Assembly (NCBI RefSeq): GCF_006345805.1
Contig: NW_021835814.1
Span: 1-51,616, forward strand
DNA: 51,616 nt
Reading direction: 5' to 3'
DNA from: Octopus sinensis
Lineage: Eukaryota
The notes below the pieces were generated by a model. The model made no database searches. It worked only from the letters and a program-made list of their open reading frames with translations, and was not told the origin of the DNA. Both the position numbers and the translations under genes were made by a program. Position 1 is the first letter of the stretch. Every line of letters starts with the position of its first letter. Below are positions 23,090 to 35,410 of this stretch, in pieces.

Positions 23090-23380
23090 AATTTAAAAAA
23101 AACAGAGAAAAAGACAAGAAAACAGCAACACGAGGACGTAGTACTTTCAAAGTATTAATGAGACGCAGAGAGAAGGAAAGAAGGAATAGTTGTTTTACGT
23201 TTCGAGCACAGCTCTTCTTCGGAATCAGGGGTCATACGAAAGTTAAAAAAAAAAAGGACCAAAGAGGAAAAAAATCGCAAACAGTGCTCGTGTAGTTACA
23301 TTTTTTGGAATGAATGGAATTAGATGGACGAAGAAAAGGTGCTTTCTGGGATAGGAGCGTGTAAAGAAAAGTTGGTATCT
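23090..23380 (-). mobile_element. Penelope-like 3' end with minimal hammerhead-like motif (23192-23226)
   Basis: Minus strand has ttCCGAAGA-a-gagc-tgt-gctc-GAAA-cg-ta-aaac and the same downstream motif as 15070-15242. Confidence 0.55.
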
Positions 23381-23615
23381 GTTGCGTTATTACCCACAAG
23401 AAGCTAAATGTAGAGGGGGACAAACAAGGACAGACAAACGGATTAGGTCGATTACATCGACCCCAGTGCGTAAATGGTACTTAATGTATCGACCCCGAAA
23501 GGATGAAAGGCAAAGTCGATTTCGGCGGAATTTGAACTCAGAAGGTAACGGCAGACAAAATACGGCTACGCATTTCATCCGGCGTGCTAACGTTTATGCC
23601 AGCTCGCCGCCTTTC
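23381..23615 (-). mobile_element. Full-length family-A SINE with 18-bp TSD
   Basis: TSD aaagaaaagttggtatct at 23363-23380 and 23616-23633. Confidence 0.93.
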
Positions 23616-24539
23616 AAAGAAAAGTTGGTATCTATGTATATGTGTGTGAGCATGTGAGTGTGTGGAGAGAGAGGAGGAGGGAGAGAGAGGGAGAGAGAAA
23701 GTGAGAGAGAGCAGTAATCTAACACTTTCTTCTTAAACATACGTATATATTTCGTTCTACACTGCATTATTAGTCTCACAAGGCTTTAAGCGACACACAC
23801 ACACACACACATACATATATGTATATACTAACGTATAGTATATGTGTAAATATATATGTGTGAGCGTGTGTGTATGTGTGCGGTTTTCTATGTTTATGTA
23901 TATTCACAGAACCATACAAAACAATTATATACTGGCATCTCGCTCAGCTTCCGTGTCTAGAATTTCAAATTCTAAATTTCCAAACATAATCTTTCAGTGC
24001 AAATGTGTTTCGTGCCAACTTACGATGCGACCACACCTGGAGACAGGTGATGTTCTGAGGCAAATTTTAAATTTTCAGCCACATACCTATATGTGTGACT
24101 ACCCAGATATACACCTACGCACAACTGTACTTATTTATTTATCGAAGTATAAATATGTGTGTATTGGTCGAATGAATGAATGTCTGAAATTAAATTTGGT
24201 TTGGCGTTTCATTTAGAGTTTTTTAAGAGCTAAAATTTTTTGAGATGTTAAGTTTGAATTTCAATATCGATTACATTGATAATGTTATGTTGACAAATTT
24301 TCCTACATATTATTATTAATTTTAATAATATTATTATATATATGTTTGCGTGTGTCTATATGTGTGCGTGTGTATGTATATGTGTATGTGTGTAGATATA
24401 TGAGTGTGTGTGTATGTGTGTGTATATATGTGTGTGTATATATGTGTGTATATGCGCGTGTATGTGTATTAATGCAATTCAAACAATGGATTGTTGATGA
24501 GTGATCTAAAATAAACACAAGATTTACTTTGTACAAGTT

Positions 24540-24820
24540 CTTGATTGTTGCTTCTCGAGCCATGCCTGGCTCATAGGGCCGGTTTCCCGGTTTCCTTGGC
24601 GTATAGGTTCCCCACCTGGACGGGATGCCAGTCCGTCGCAGGTGAGCTGCAAGATGCAGGAGGAATGAATGAGAGAAAGTTGTGGCGAAAGAGTCAGCAG
24701 AAGTTCGCCATTACCTAGGTATTTCGTTCATAAACACACACATCGCTCGGTCTGAGATTCGAACCCGCGATCCCTCGAGCGTGAGTCCACTGCTCTAACC
24801 ACAAGGCCATGTGCCTCCAC
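24540..24820 (-). mobile_element. tRNA SINE, head A + tail Y (V-domain-like)
   Basis: Minus strand gtggaggcacatggccttgtggttagagc..gggttcgaatc..cctgcgacggactggcatcccgtccagg..gagccaggcatggctcgagaag. Confidence 0.88.
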
Positions 24821-24829
24821 AAAATCAAT

Positions 24830-25077
24830 GTTCTTTCTCGAGCCATGCCAGGCTCATAAGGGCCGGTTTCCCGGTTTCAGTGGCGTAAATGTTCTCCAGC
24901 TTGACGGGACGCCGGTCCGTCGCAGCGTTACTCATTTTTGCCAGCTGAGTGGACTGGAGTAACGTGAAACGTAAGTGTTTTGCTCAAGAACACAACGCAT
25001 CGCCCGGTCCAGGAATCGAAACCACAACCTTGCGATCATAAGTTCAACAATCTAACCACTAAACCACGCTCCTCCAC
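24830..25077 (-). mobile_element. tRNA SINE, head B + tail Y
   Basis: Closely matches 42715-42984 in reverse. Confidence 0.88.
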
Positions 25078-25141
25078 TTTGTACATATTGGTTGATTATT
25101 CCGAATTTCTTTAAATTTTGCATAACGATTCTTGGACTTAC

Positions 25142-25174
25142 CTGCCATATACGAAGATTTGTATTCCACATCAT
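25142..25174 (-). other. Candidate start-coding exon MMWNTNLRIWQ ending at a perfect CAG|GTAAGT donor
   Basis: Perfect U1-complementary donor at 25144-25136. The frame is open for 36 codons upstream. Non-repetitive island between SINEs. No downstream exon confirmed. Confidence 0.25.
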
Positions 25175-25274
25175 TGAATATAACAAATGAAAGAGAGAAG
25201 ATGGAATATACAAGAATATATTATTAACCGCAACAATTGTTTCGACACGTCTAACATCGATTCCTCAGAGGGTC

Positions 25275-25556
25275 ACATCTGATCCGATCAACGGAACAGC
25301 TTGCTCGTGATATTAAGGTGCAAGTGGCTGAGCACTCCACAGACACGTGTTCCCTTAACGTAAGTTCTCAGGGAGATTCAGCGTGACACAGAGTGTGACA
25401 AGGCTGGCCCTTTGAAATACAGGTACTACTCAATCTTGGCAGCTGAGTGAACTGGAACAAACATGAAATAAAGTATCTTGCTCAAGGACACAACGCGTCG
25501 CCGTGAATTGAAATCAAGATCGTGAGCCAAGTGCCCTAGCAACTAAGCCACGCGCA
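25275..25556 (-). mobile_element. tRNA SINE, head B + tail X
   Basis: The 5' half matches 42715. The 3' half (tacctgtatttcaaagggccagccttgtcac..gagtgctcagccacttg..ctgttccgttgatcggatc) matches the tail of 33882-34267. Confidence 0.85.
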
Positions 25557-26044
25557 TATATATATATGGAGGTGCACATATGTATGTACGTATATCAATA
25601 AACAAATATGTAGAGTTATATATATTTTAGGAGAACCTCACATAGATGTTAGTTTCACAAATATATTATATTTAAATATTGCTAAGCAAGTAGGGTAAAC
25701 ACAACTTGTTTATACAAAACATTTTATGAACACATCAAATTTTATTTACCGATCCTTCTACCCACGCTCTTCTCCGTTTAAATATATATATATATGTATA
25801 TATTATATATATATATATAGATATATATATATATATATATATAGATATGTATATATATATATATATATGTATAATATTATATATATAGATATATATATAT
25901 ATATATATATGTATATTATATATTATTAGATATATATGTATATAGATATATATATATACGGATATATATAATATATTATATATATACCATATATATATAT
26001 ATACTAATATACATATATATACACATATACATATATTACATACA

Positions 26045-26085
<41 letters not shown>

Positions 26086-26534
26086 TATACATATACATAT
26101 ACATATACATATATATATATATATAAAGATATATATATAATTGTGCACATATACATATGAATATAATTATATGTGCACATGCATGTGTGGTGTGTGTGTC
26201 TGTGTGTGTGTGTGTGTGTGTGCAAGGAGATTGCAGAATCAAACATTTCTGTTCCTTGTTTGAAGCCAAGCCAGTGATTTTTTAGTTTTTTTTTTTTATA
26301 GATTTTATATATTTCTCTTTCGCTAATCCTCCCCCCAACCCCACCCTTTTTCCTCGTTTATCTTTTCCTCCCCAACTCTTTCATTATCACTAATTTACAC
26401 CCCCCCACACACACACACCACATATTTGTCTCTTATATTTTTCCTGTCAATATATGTGATTTTTTCTCTTTAAATATCAAATATTATCCAATGTTTATTT
26501 ATACATTATTATTATCATCATCATCATCATCATC

Positions 26535-26581
<47 letters not shown>

Positions 26582-26834
26582 CATTATTATTTATTTATTT
26601 ATTTATTTTTATTATTCCTTTGCACATTTTTGCGTTTTAAGGTTTGGTTTGGTTTCATATCGATATTTCCGTTTCCTTAACACGTTTCCTCAAATCGTAC
26701 TGGTCGAGGAAATATAGATATACAACACATCTTGCGGCGTTTATTTTGTTTCATTCATTTTACTGCGGCTATGCTGGGGCACCGTATTGAAGAGTTTGCG
26801 TTAAAGAAATAGACTTCGTCTACGTCGTGGTCGT

Positions 26835-27030
26835 CTTCTTCTTCTTCTTTTTCTTCTTTTTCTTCTTCTTCTTTTCTTCTTTTCTTCTTTTTCTTCTTCT
26901 TCTTCTTCTTCTTCTTTTTCTTCTTCTTCTTCTTCTTCTTCTTCTTTTCTTCTTCTTCTTCTTCTTCTTTTTCTTCTTCTTCTTCTTCTTCTAACGATAC
27001 TGCCAGCTCGCTGCCATAATAATAATAATG

Positions 27031-27080
<50 letters not shown>

Positions 27081-27140
27081 TATTATTATTAATTATTATT
27101 ATTACTATTATTATTATGATTATTATTATTATCATTATTA
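26835..27140. repeat. (CTT)n, then (AAT)n-(ATT)n microsatellites
   Basis: Directly visible. Confidence 0.95.
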
Positions 27141-27142
27141 TC

Positions 27143-27440
27143 ACAAGAGCACTCAGAGAGCGCAAACCTCCGCCTAGGCAACGATTAGCCGGATTTTTAA
27201 AATGAGAATATCTGAAATAAACCGGACTACTCTTACAAACAAGAATACTAAAAATGAACTCGGCCGCTGTCAAAGGGAAAAACAATCCAGAATCCTTGTC
27301 CAGTACAACATCGATCCCGTAATCTAATTAGACCGCTCCAGTCACAAGGTGAATCATTCCTGAATGTTTCATCTGAATTCATCCAGGGGTTCTCGAGATG
27401 TCTTGTCTGCGAACGAACAAACATGCACGACTGAGGTAAT
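27143..27440 (+). mobile_element. Putative non-autonomous Helentron-like (HINE/DINE-type) element, copy 1
   Basis: Starts acaagagcactcagagagcgcaaacctccgcctagg and ends ..gaggtaat. Homologous to 27554-27884. Confidence 0.55.
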
Positions 27441-27496
27441 AATAATAATAATAATTATTATTATTATTATAATTATAATATAATAATAATAATAAT

Positions 27497-27539
<43 letters not shown>

Positions 27540-27553
27540 CAACAACACAACAA

Positions 27554-27884
27554 CAACAGTACAGAGAGAGCGCAAGTCTCCGTCGAGGCAATACGATTAG
27601 TTGGGGATGATTTTTAAAATGAGAATATCTGAAATGCACTCGACTGCTCGCACAAACGAGAATATTAAAAATGAACCCGACTGCTCTCAAAAGTAAAAGA
27701 AAAAAACTAAAAAAATAATCCAGGATCCTAGTCCTGTCTCGTATCGATCCCAAAATCTAATGAGTTCGTATCCCTGAAAGTCTCATCCGAATCCATCCCG
27801 CGTTTCTTGAGATATCTTGTTCACGGACAAACAAACAAACGCGATTGAAAAGAATACCTCCGACTTCACTGAGGCGAAGGTAAT
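27554..27884 (+). mobile_element. Putative non-autonomous Helentron-like element, copy 2
   Basis: Same body as copy 1, with a (CAAA)n stretch and a 3' hairpin tacctccgac-ttcactga-ggcgaaggta that echoes the 5' subterminal motif. Confidence 0.55.
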
Positions 27885-29181
27885 GATGGTTTCGAATATT
27901 GGCGTGAGGCCAACATTTTGATGAGCTGGATGGTTTATTGTTTCGAACCCCATCTAATCTTTATTTAAACAACACCAAAATGATGAAAGCAAATGTCGAC
28001 ATTCTGGTTATGGGAACAGAGAAAGTAAACACGGATGAAATGCCACTGAGCATTTCGTTCGGCATAGCCGATTTAGGAAATTTTGTTCGACAGGAAAACA
28101 TAATAGTAAAGAAACGATACATAATACGAAAATAATAAATCAAAGAAAAGAAATAACCAAAAGAAATAAATATAAAGTCACACATACACCATCACAAATG
28201 CACACACACACAATACACACAGACATACACACACGCACACACAGAAAATCATGTTTTATATATTTCGATGATTCATCAAATCTGTTAATCTATTTATCAT
28301 GTCACGTAAATATCTGAATTCTTTTGATCTTGCGAAATGGTATTAATAAAATAGTAAACTAAAAAAAGAATAAAAGAAAATAAAACAGAGGTACATACAC
28401 GCCAAAAAAAAAATTACAAAAAAAATATGTATGGAAACTTGCATTTGATAATAAATATAGATATAGTCTGAAAATACAAGGGAGATAATTTCAATCTCAT
28501 TTTTTGTATTTTTGGTTGAAAACTTATTTCATTTTTTTTTTCCTGCTTCGTACACTTTTACTATTCTCCGTTTAATATCCGAAGTCAGTGTGTGCAGGCA
28601 AAATTTGCATGTGTGTGTGTGTGAGTGTGTGTGAGGCCTACAGGTGTTTGTATGCACAGACACACACATGTATGTATATTTGTATATTTGTATGTGTATA
28701 TATAGGTCTACACCAACACACACTTGTGGACCCCGTGCGCACACGCGTCTGTGTACTGAAAATAAATAATTATGCACACACACACATACACGCATAATTA
28801 TCAGTATACATACAGACATACATACACGCATATATATATGCATATACATATATGTACGTATATGGCTATATCTATATATGTATATGAATGTAAATATACA
28901 TATATACATATATAGACAGCTAGATAGATAGATATAGACAACACATATATATATATATATTTAAGTATATGTTAGCGAGTACACATAAACACACGTATGT
29001 ACATAATATATGTATGTATTATATATATATATATTATATATATAATATATATATATATTATGTATGTATGTATACTCTTTCTCTTTTAATCTTTTAATAT
29101 ATGTATTGATATATATTATGTATCTTATCTATATATATATAAGAATGTATATATATAATGTAGTATAATATTATATGTATG

Positions 29182-29252
<71 letters not shown>

Positions 29253-30765
29253 ATATTATATATATATAGTATGTATGTATATGTATGCATGTATGTATGT
29301 ATGTATAGGTGCGTGTTGGTGTGCTAGTATACCCACACAGCACCACACCTCTAGAGATACACTGATGTCGTTGTATTTAGAACTATTTCATTCATGTAGT
29401 TTATAGAATTCTATACATAAAAATAATAGTTTATATATTTTTCATGAACACATACCTGTGTAGACAAATGTTTATTAGTAACTCTCACTTTCAAACGTAT
29501 GCGCAAACGCACAGGTAAATCTATCAATACCTGGGAATTAAATCGTGTTGTACTCGCAAGATGGTTTTTCCTCTCCTCTTTCCAAATCAAACTAGATTGC
29601 CACATGTATATATATATATATATATATAGTATATATATGTATTATATATATATATATATATATAAATATATACATTGTATATATATTTACACACACACAA
29701 CACACACACACCCACATATATAATATATAATATATATTTTTATATATATATATCTGTGCCTGTATATGTCTGTAAATGTAGACATATGCCTGCATGTGTG
29801 TTCGTTTTTCTGTGCGTGTTTCCCTGTGTATCTGTGTGTATGTTCTGTGTGTGTGGTGTGTGTGTGGTGTGTTTGCTTGTGTGTAAAATATTTGCAGCAG
29901 AAAACGAATGTCAGTGGCTTCTATTCCCGACGCTGATTGGGGAGAACAGCGACGTCTTTTCATCTTGTGGAACTTTATGCATTTCGTACTGTACAGAAAA
30001 GGTTTGCATCATGCTTCAATGAAATGTTAAATCGTTGCTTTTTTTTGTAACCGATCGACGTAAATACAGAGATCGACTAACAAATGTAGGCATAAGGTAC
30101 AAAGCCAGAACGGACTGGAATCCAGTCATGCTCCCAATGTTAACAGTAAAATCGTCAAACCCATACCAGCTTGGAAAACTATATAGAAAATGAACAAATG
30201 CACTATAAAATTAACCTTTTTCACCTATTCGTACTTGGATACGGTAAACAAACTTCTTCGTCAGTAAACTATTGTTGTTCTTGAAAAGGTGTTTCGTATA
30301 TTTACTAAGGATTCCTTGAAGCTCTCTAAGTTGCCACACCTGGATGCTTGGATCTTACCTTATGCAGCGGATATATAATTATTAAAGAGGATAACAAATA
30401 TTAAAGCAAGGCAAACATCTCATGTCGTATGCAATACTATTTATTATTTTTTAATTTTATCTAGTTTCAGTTCACGAGCTGTGGCCATGCTGGGGCACCG
30501 CCATGTTATTGGAAAACATTCAAAGTCTTACAGCTGTTTCTGGGATAGCCCCGAGCATGGATTACTCCATCGTCAGAGACTAATGGGGAAAAATAGGGAA
30601 AATGAGAATGGGATATAATTATGAGATGACAACACAGAGGAAGGTATAAAAAGAAGAATAAGGAGATGGAAAGAAAGAAGAAAAAGAAGCACGAAAGTTC
30701 ATAGTTCAATTTTATAGAAACAAGGACTTCTTAGGTGCAATTCTGCGTAGATCCATGTGGGTTAA

Positions 30766-30801
<36 letters not shown>

Positions 30802-31279
30802 AGCGGGAGGTAGATAGATATCTAGATATACACGCACATATATACCTAGGTAACGTAATAGGTATAGAGAGGAAAAGAAAGAAACAGACCGATAGATGAA
30901 CAGATTATCTTTGGAGACGCAGGGAAATCTCTTTTACCCCCACCCCTGAAGCACCTACCTTGTCCTTCCAGTCTCCTGAAGCAAACATTTGCCATGTTTT
31001 GCCTATTGCCTTATTGTTTCTGCTATTTCCTGATATTTGCTGAATTACTGACGCCAAGACTATGTTCGTTTTTACTGCAATCACTCTGGAACAATTTTAT
31101 AGATTTGATGTAATATTAAATGCAAAAATTACAGTAAAATATATTGGTTATTCTTAAGATGCTATTTATTTTATACGATCTCCAAATTGACACAGGGCAG
31201 GGGTCAGTAGAATCAGTTTCAAAATTTGACTGCACTTCTTGAACTGGTCATGGCAAATATTTCTAGTTTGCAGATACTA

Positions 31280-32480
31280 CAGGCTGTCCTAAAAAAGAAT
31301 CAGGAATTTTGGAACAGTTTCTGGAAAGAGTAAACAGTTGTTGCTGAAAGAAACATTATTAAAACTGAACAAAAACGCAAATGTTAGAAATGGGGTTGAC
31401 ACTGCTTTTCGTGGGCCGCTGCACAATGACATAAACGGTCAACTTCCAGTTGCCCTTTGGATGACTTCAAGCGAGATATCGTTCCAAGCTTCCACCAATA
31501 TATTTGTCAAAGACTGTATGTCTGTGACTTCTCTCCTTTGTAACTGAAGTGAAGTCGATGTAAGAGTAAACCCCAGATGGTAAAATCCATTACGTTGAGA
31601 TCTGGACATTTGGAGGTCCATTTTTTTCGGTTCAATGCAGTAAGGGGTTTTTGTTCTGGACTGGGCAACAGTATTCTTAGCAGTTTGGGGCTTTGCTCCA
31701 TCTTATTGCCAAGTCCATTTATCTCCTCCCATTACTTGTTTTATGTCGTGGAACATTTCGTTGCACATTTCATCTGTATGCTTGAACAGATTTACTGTCC
31801 ATTTTTCCTTTCTTCTGTCCGATGGAAGATCTTCTTGCCCAACAGCATCTCCAATAAACCGCAACTCTGTTTTACTATGCCAGAAGACTGCACCAGAGCA
31901 TATGACTGATGACTGTTGTTTATCAATGTCCACCAGCAGATCATTCTCAGAAATGTTTTCTTTAACCTGTACAGCATGATAAATGCGGTCATTTTGAGAA
32001 TTCAAAGGTGAAAGAAGACTGAAATTTGATTCATCGGAAATCCACATTTGCTTCCATTTATTGTGTCCTTCGAAACGATTTATCAATGCCTGGCATTGTT
32101 GTTGTTGTGCTTTTCGACGTGCTTCAGTAAGAAAATTGTATTTAATTCTCTTACAGCACTGTAATCCGGATTGCTGAAGAATGCGAAAGGCTGTATCTTT
32201 TGATAACAGTAGTTCTTGACAAATTTCACGCTGACTGCAATGTCGTCTTTCGTGTCATGGCGGTATGACAGCAAGGTCCATCACAGCTTGTTCGGTAGTC
32301 GAATGAATTTTCTTGATTGTGCCGAATCCACGTTTACGAACTTTCGCAGCAGGTGACTCTTCCCGTTTAAGTACAGCTACAACATCAGTAAATTGATTTT
32401 TAGTTATCGAACTAAAGAATCCTGGCAAAATTTCTTGTTAATTTTCCATTCCGCAAGTGGGATGTTCTTTCTTCAAGAGA
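31280..32480 (-). mobile_element. Decayed Tc1/mariner-superfamily transposase, DD37D (maT-type)
   Basis: Minus strand gives MWISDESNF..NSQNDRIY, WTWQ*DGAKPQTA and KWTSKCPDLNVMDFTIWG. There are 37 residues between the second and third D after removing one A from the 7-A run at 31621-27. One end is TA-caggctgtcctaaaaaa at 31278. The other TIR was not found. Confidence 0.85.
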
Positions 32481-32689
32481 ACAATCATTTTGCGCTAAAA
32501 ATTTGATAACTGCGCCACTTGGGAATTAGAAAAAGAAAGGAATTAGAAAATTTATATGTTAGTTATTTTTTTAGTTCATTGATAAATTAAAATATGGTAA
32601 AATACATGGGTACACTAAATAATGTGAATCTAAAATTACCTGGTTTTGTGTGGCACCTTGTAGTTGTAAGGGCTGTAACAGAATGAATG

Positions 32690-33330
32690 GGGAGATAGAC
32701 AATAGAGAGAGAGAAAGAGAGAAAGAAAGAGATATAGTGAGGAGGAGATAGTGAGAGGGAGAGAAAGAGTGAGACAAAAGTTCGAATATTTGTTACTACC
32801 ACCGAGATCTGCACCCGCGGTGAGAGGGAGAAAGAGTGGAAGAACACCTTCCATCGTACAGAAGAAAGAAAAGGAGAAAAAAGAAAGAAAAGAGAGTGAG
32901 ACAATTAAGTAGGGTTTTATATATGCAGAGAGAGAGAGAGAGAGATAATGAAAGCGAGAAATGGAGAGAGAGACGGTGAGAGTGAGACGGGGAAAGAGAG
33001 AGGCGGAGAGAGAGGCATTTATTGATACTGATCGGAGGCTTTTATATGCACTGAGCGAGAGAGAAAGTGAGAGAGAAGGGAGACATAGAGAGAGACAGAG
33101 AGCGACCGAAGGAGAGAGAGAGCGTCAAGGAGAGACCGAAGGTGAGAAAGCGATAGAGAGAGACCAAAGGAGAGAGAGAGCGACAGAGAGAAATCGAAGG
33201 AGAGAGAGCGATATAGAGAGACCGAAGATGAGAGAGAGAAACACTTATAGATGTGGAACCAGAAGTATATATATGAAGATATAAGAGAGAGAGAAAAAGT
33301 GAAAAAGCGAGAGAGAGAGAGAGGGAGAGA
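32690..33330. repeat. GA-rich purine low-complexity tract
   Basis: Decayed (GA)n, directly visible. Confidence 0.85.
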
Positions 33331-33669
33331 ATATAATATATACTATAATTGAAAAAGATGCATAGCAATTAGCTGGAATTATGTAACTTTTGTAAAAATG
33401 ATATAATTATTAAAAGCGAGACTGTCTCGACTTTTTTCATAAATTCTAGTTTTAATATATTTTTATCAAATGCGCTTTTGATGTTTATTTTATTATTGAA
33501 TATATCAACTACAGTCTTCTGTTACAGATCTTATTCAATACGACATATCGATTTTATGCAGGGTCGCGTTTTAAACGTATCTTTATACTTTTCGAAATAT
33601 AAAGGTTACCAGATTTTTGAAATTATAATTTCTACAAATTATAACTTTAATTTAGTTTCAACCAAGTTT

Positions 33670-33792
33670 TACTAATTCCAGTGCTGAAATGGTACCTATT
33701 CTATCGAGCCCCAGAAATTGAACTCAGAACGTACAAATGGATGAAATGAATTTGGTTCGGCTTGCTAAAGATTCTGCCAGCTCGCAGCTTTA
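33670..33792 (-). mobile_element. Decayed family-A SINE
   Basis: tggtacctattctatcgagcccc..ttgaactcagaacgtac..gattctgccagctcgc. Confidence 0.75.
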
Positions 33793-33881
33793 GAAATGTG
33801 TAAATATTATTCAGCGCTACCCAGAAAACCATCCGGATGTCGGTCTTTCCGGTTGTACAAAGAATGATGTAATGATGGAGA

Positions 33882-34267
33882 GTGGAGGCGCAATGGCCCA
33901 GTGGTTAGGGCAGCGGACTCGCGGTCATAGGATCGCGGTTTCGATTCGCAGACCGGGCGTTGTGAGTGTTTATTGAGCGAAAACACCTAAAAAGCTCCAC
34001 GAGGCTCCGGCAGGGGATGGTGTGTATCCCTGCTGTACTCTTTCACCACAACTTTTCTCCACTCTTACTTCCTGTTTCTGTTGTACCTGTATTTCAAGGG
34101 GCCGGCCTTGTCACTTTCTGTGTCACGCTGAATATCCCCGAGAATTACGTTAAGGGTACACGTGTCTGTGGAGTGCTCAGCCACTTACACGTTAATTTCA
34201 CGAGCAGGCTGTTCCGTTGATTCGGATCAACCGGAACCCTCATTGTCGTAACCGAAGGAGTGCTTCC
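33882..34267 (+). mobile_element. Full-length tRNA SINE, head A + tail X, 11-bp TSD
   Basis: gtggaggcgcaatggcccagtggttagg (A-box) and gtttcgattc (B-box). TSD aatgatggaga at 33871-33881 and 34268-34278. Confidence 0.93.
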
Positions 34268-34681
34268 AATGATGGAGAATACATAGCGAGGTAAAATTGG
34301 TGGAGTGATATTGTTAATGTGAGAATGACGTACAATAAATGAGACACAGAGAAAGATAGAGAAAGAAAGAACAGTGTATGGTGGGAGAAAGTTATTAAAT
34401 AAAGAGTGGGAGAAAGAGAAATAAAAAGAGAGAGACAAAGAGAGACAGAGAGATATAAAAACAGAGAAAGAGAGAGATTCATTTAGCGAGAGAAAGCATG
34501 TGTATGTATATATGTAGGAAAAAAAATAGACGTTTATGTAGAGAATTATAGAGAGAATGTGAGAAATGAAGATGAGTAGGTTTAAACAGTGAAGGAGTGT
34601 AGGAGAGAGAGGGAGATGTGAGATAGATAGAGAGAGAAAGATGAGAGAGAGTGAGAGAGACAGAGATATAGAAAGGCGATA

Positions 34682-34731
<50 letters not shown>

Positions 34732-34942
34732 TGAGTGAGTGTGTGAGTGAGGAGGAAGATGTATAGTTTGAATTCAGAAACTTCATACTCTTGATTTCTT
34801 GTGTAATTAATGTAGAACTTGATACAGAAATAAAGTATCAGCCACTTGGTATTATGTAGATATATGGTCATACATACATACATACCTACATATATATATA
34901 TACATATATACATATATATATATATATTATATATATATATAT

Positions 34943-34982
<40 letters not shown>

Positions 34983-34995
34983 TATATATATATAT

Positions 34996-35030
<35 letters not shown>

Positions 35031-35052
35031 GTACACACACACACACACACAC

Positions 35053-35086
<34 letters not shown>

Positions 35087-35199
35087 CATACACACACACA
35101 TATATATATATACAGATATATATATATACATGCATACATAAAGATAGATTTGGACAGATTGCAAGCTAGCTAGCTCGTTAGATATGTAGATAGAGAGAC

Positions 35200-35200
35200 T

Positions 35201-35252
<52 letters not shown>

Positions 35253-35321
35253 TATAGATCGATAGGTAGTTAGAAAGATAGATAGATAGATAGATAGTTA
35301 GACAGATAATTAGTTAGATAT

Positions 35322-35358
<37 letters not shown>

Positions 35359-35371
35359 GAGATAGATAGAG

Positions 35372-35402
<31 letters not shown>

Positions 35403-35410
35403 TAGATAGA
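35200..35410. repeat. (GATA)n microsatellite
   Basis: Directly visible. Confidence 0.95.

Noticed and set aside
33882-33960. tRNA-like sequences with A and B boxes (also 11340-11400, 42715-42785, 5640-5723)
   Set aside because: They are SINE heads: they continue into SINE bodies, have TSDs and lack a complete acceptor stem.
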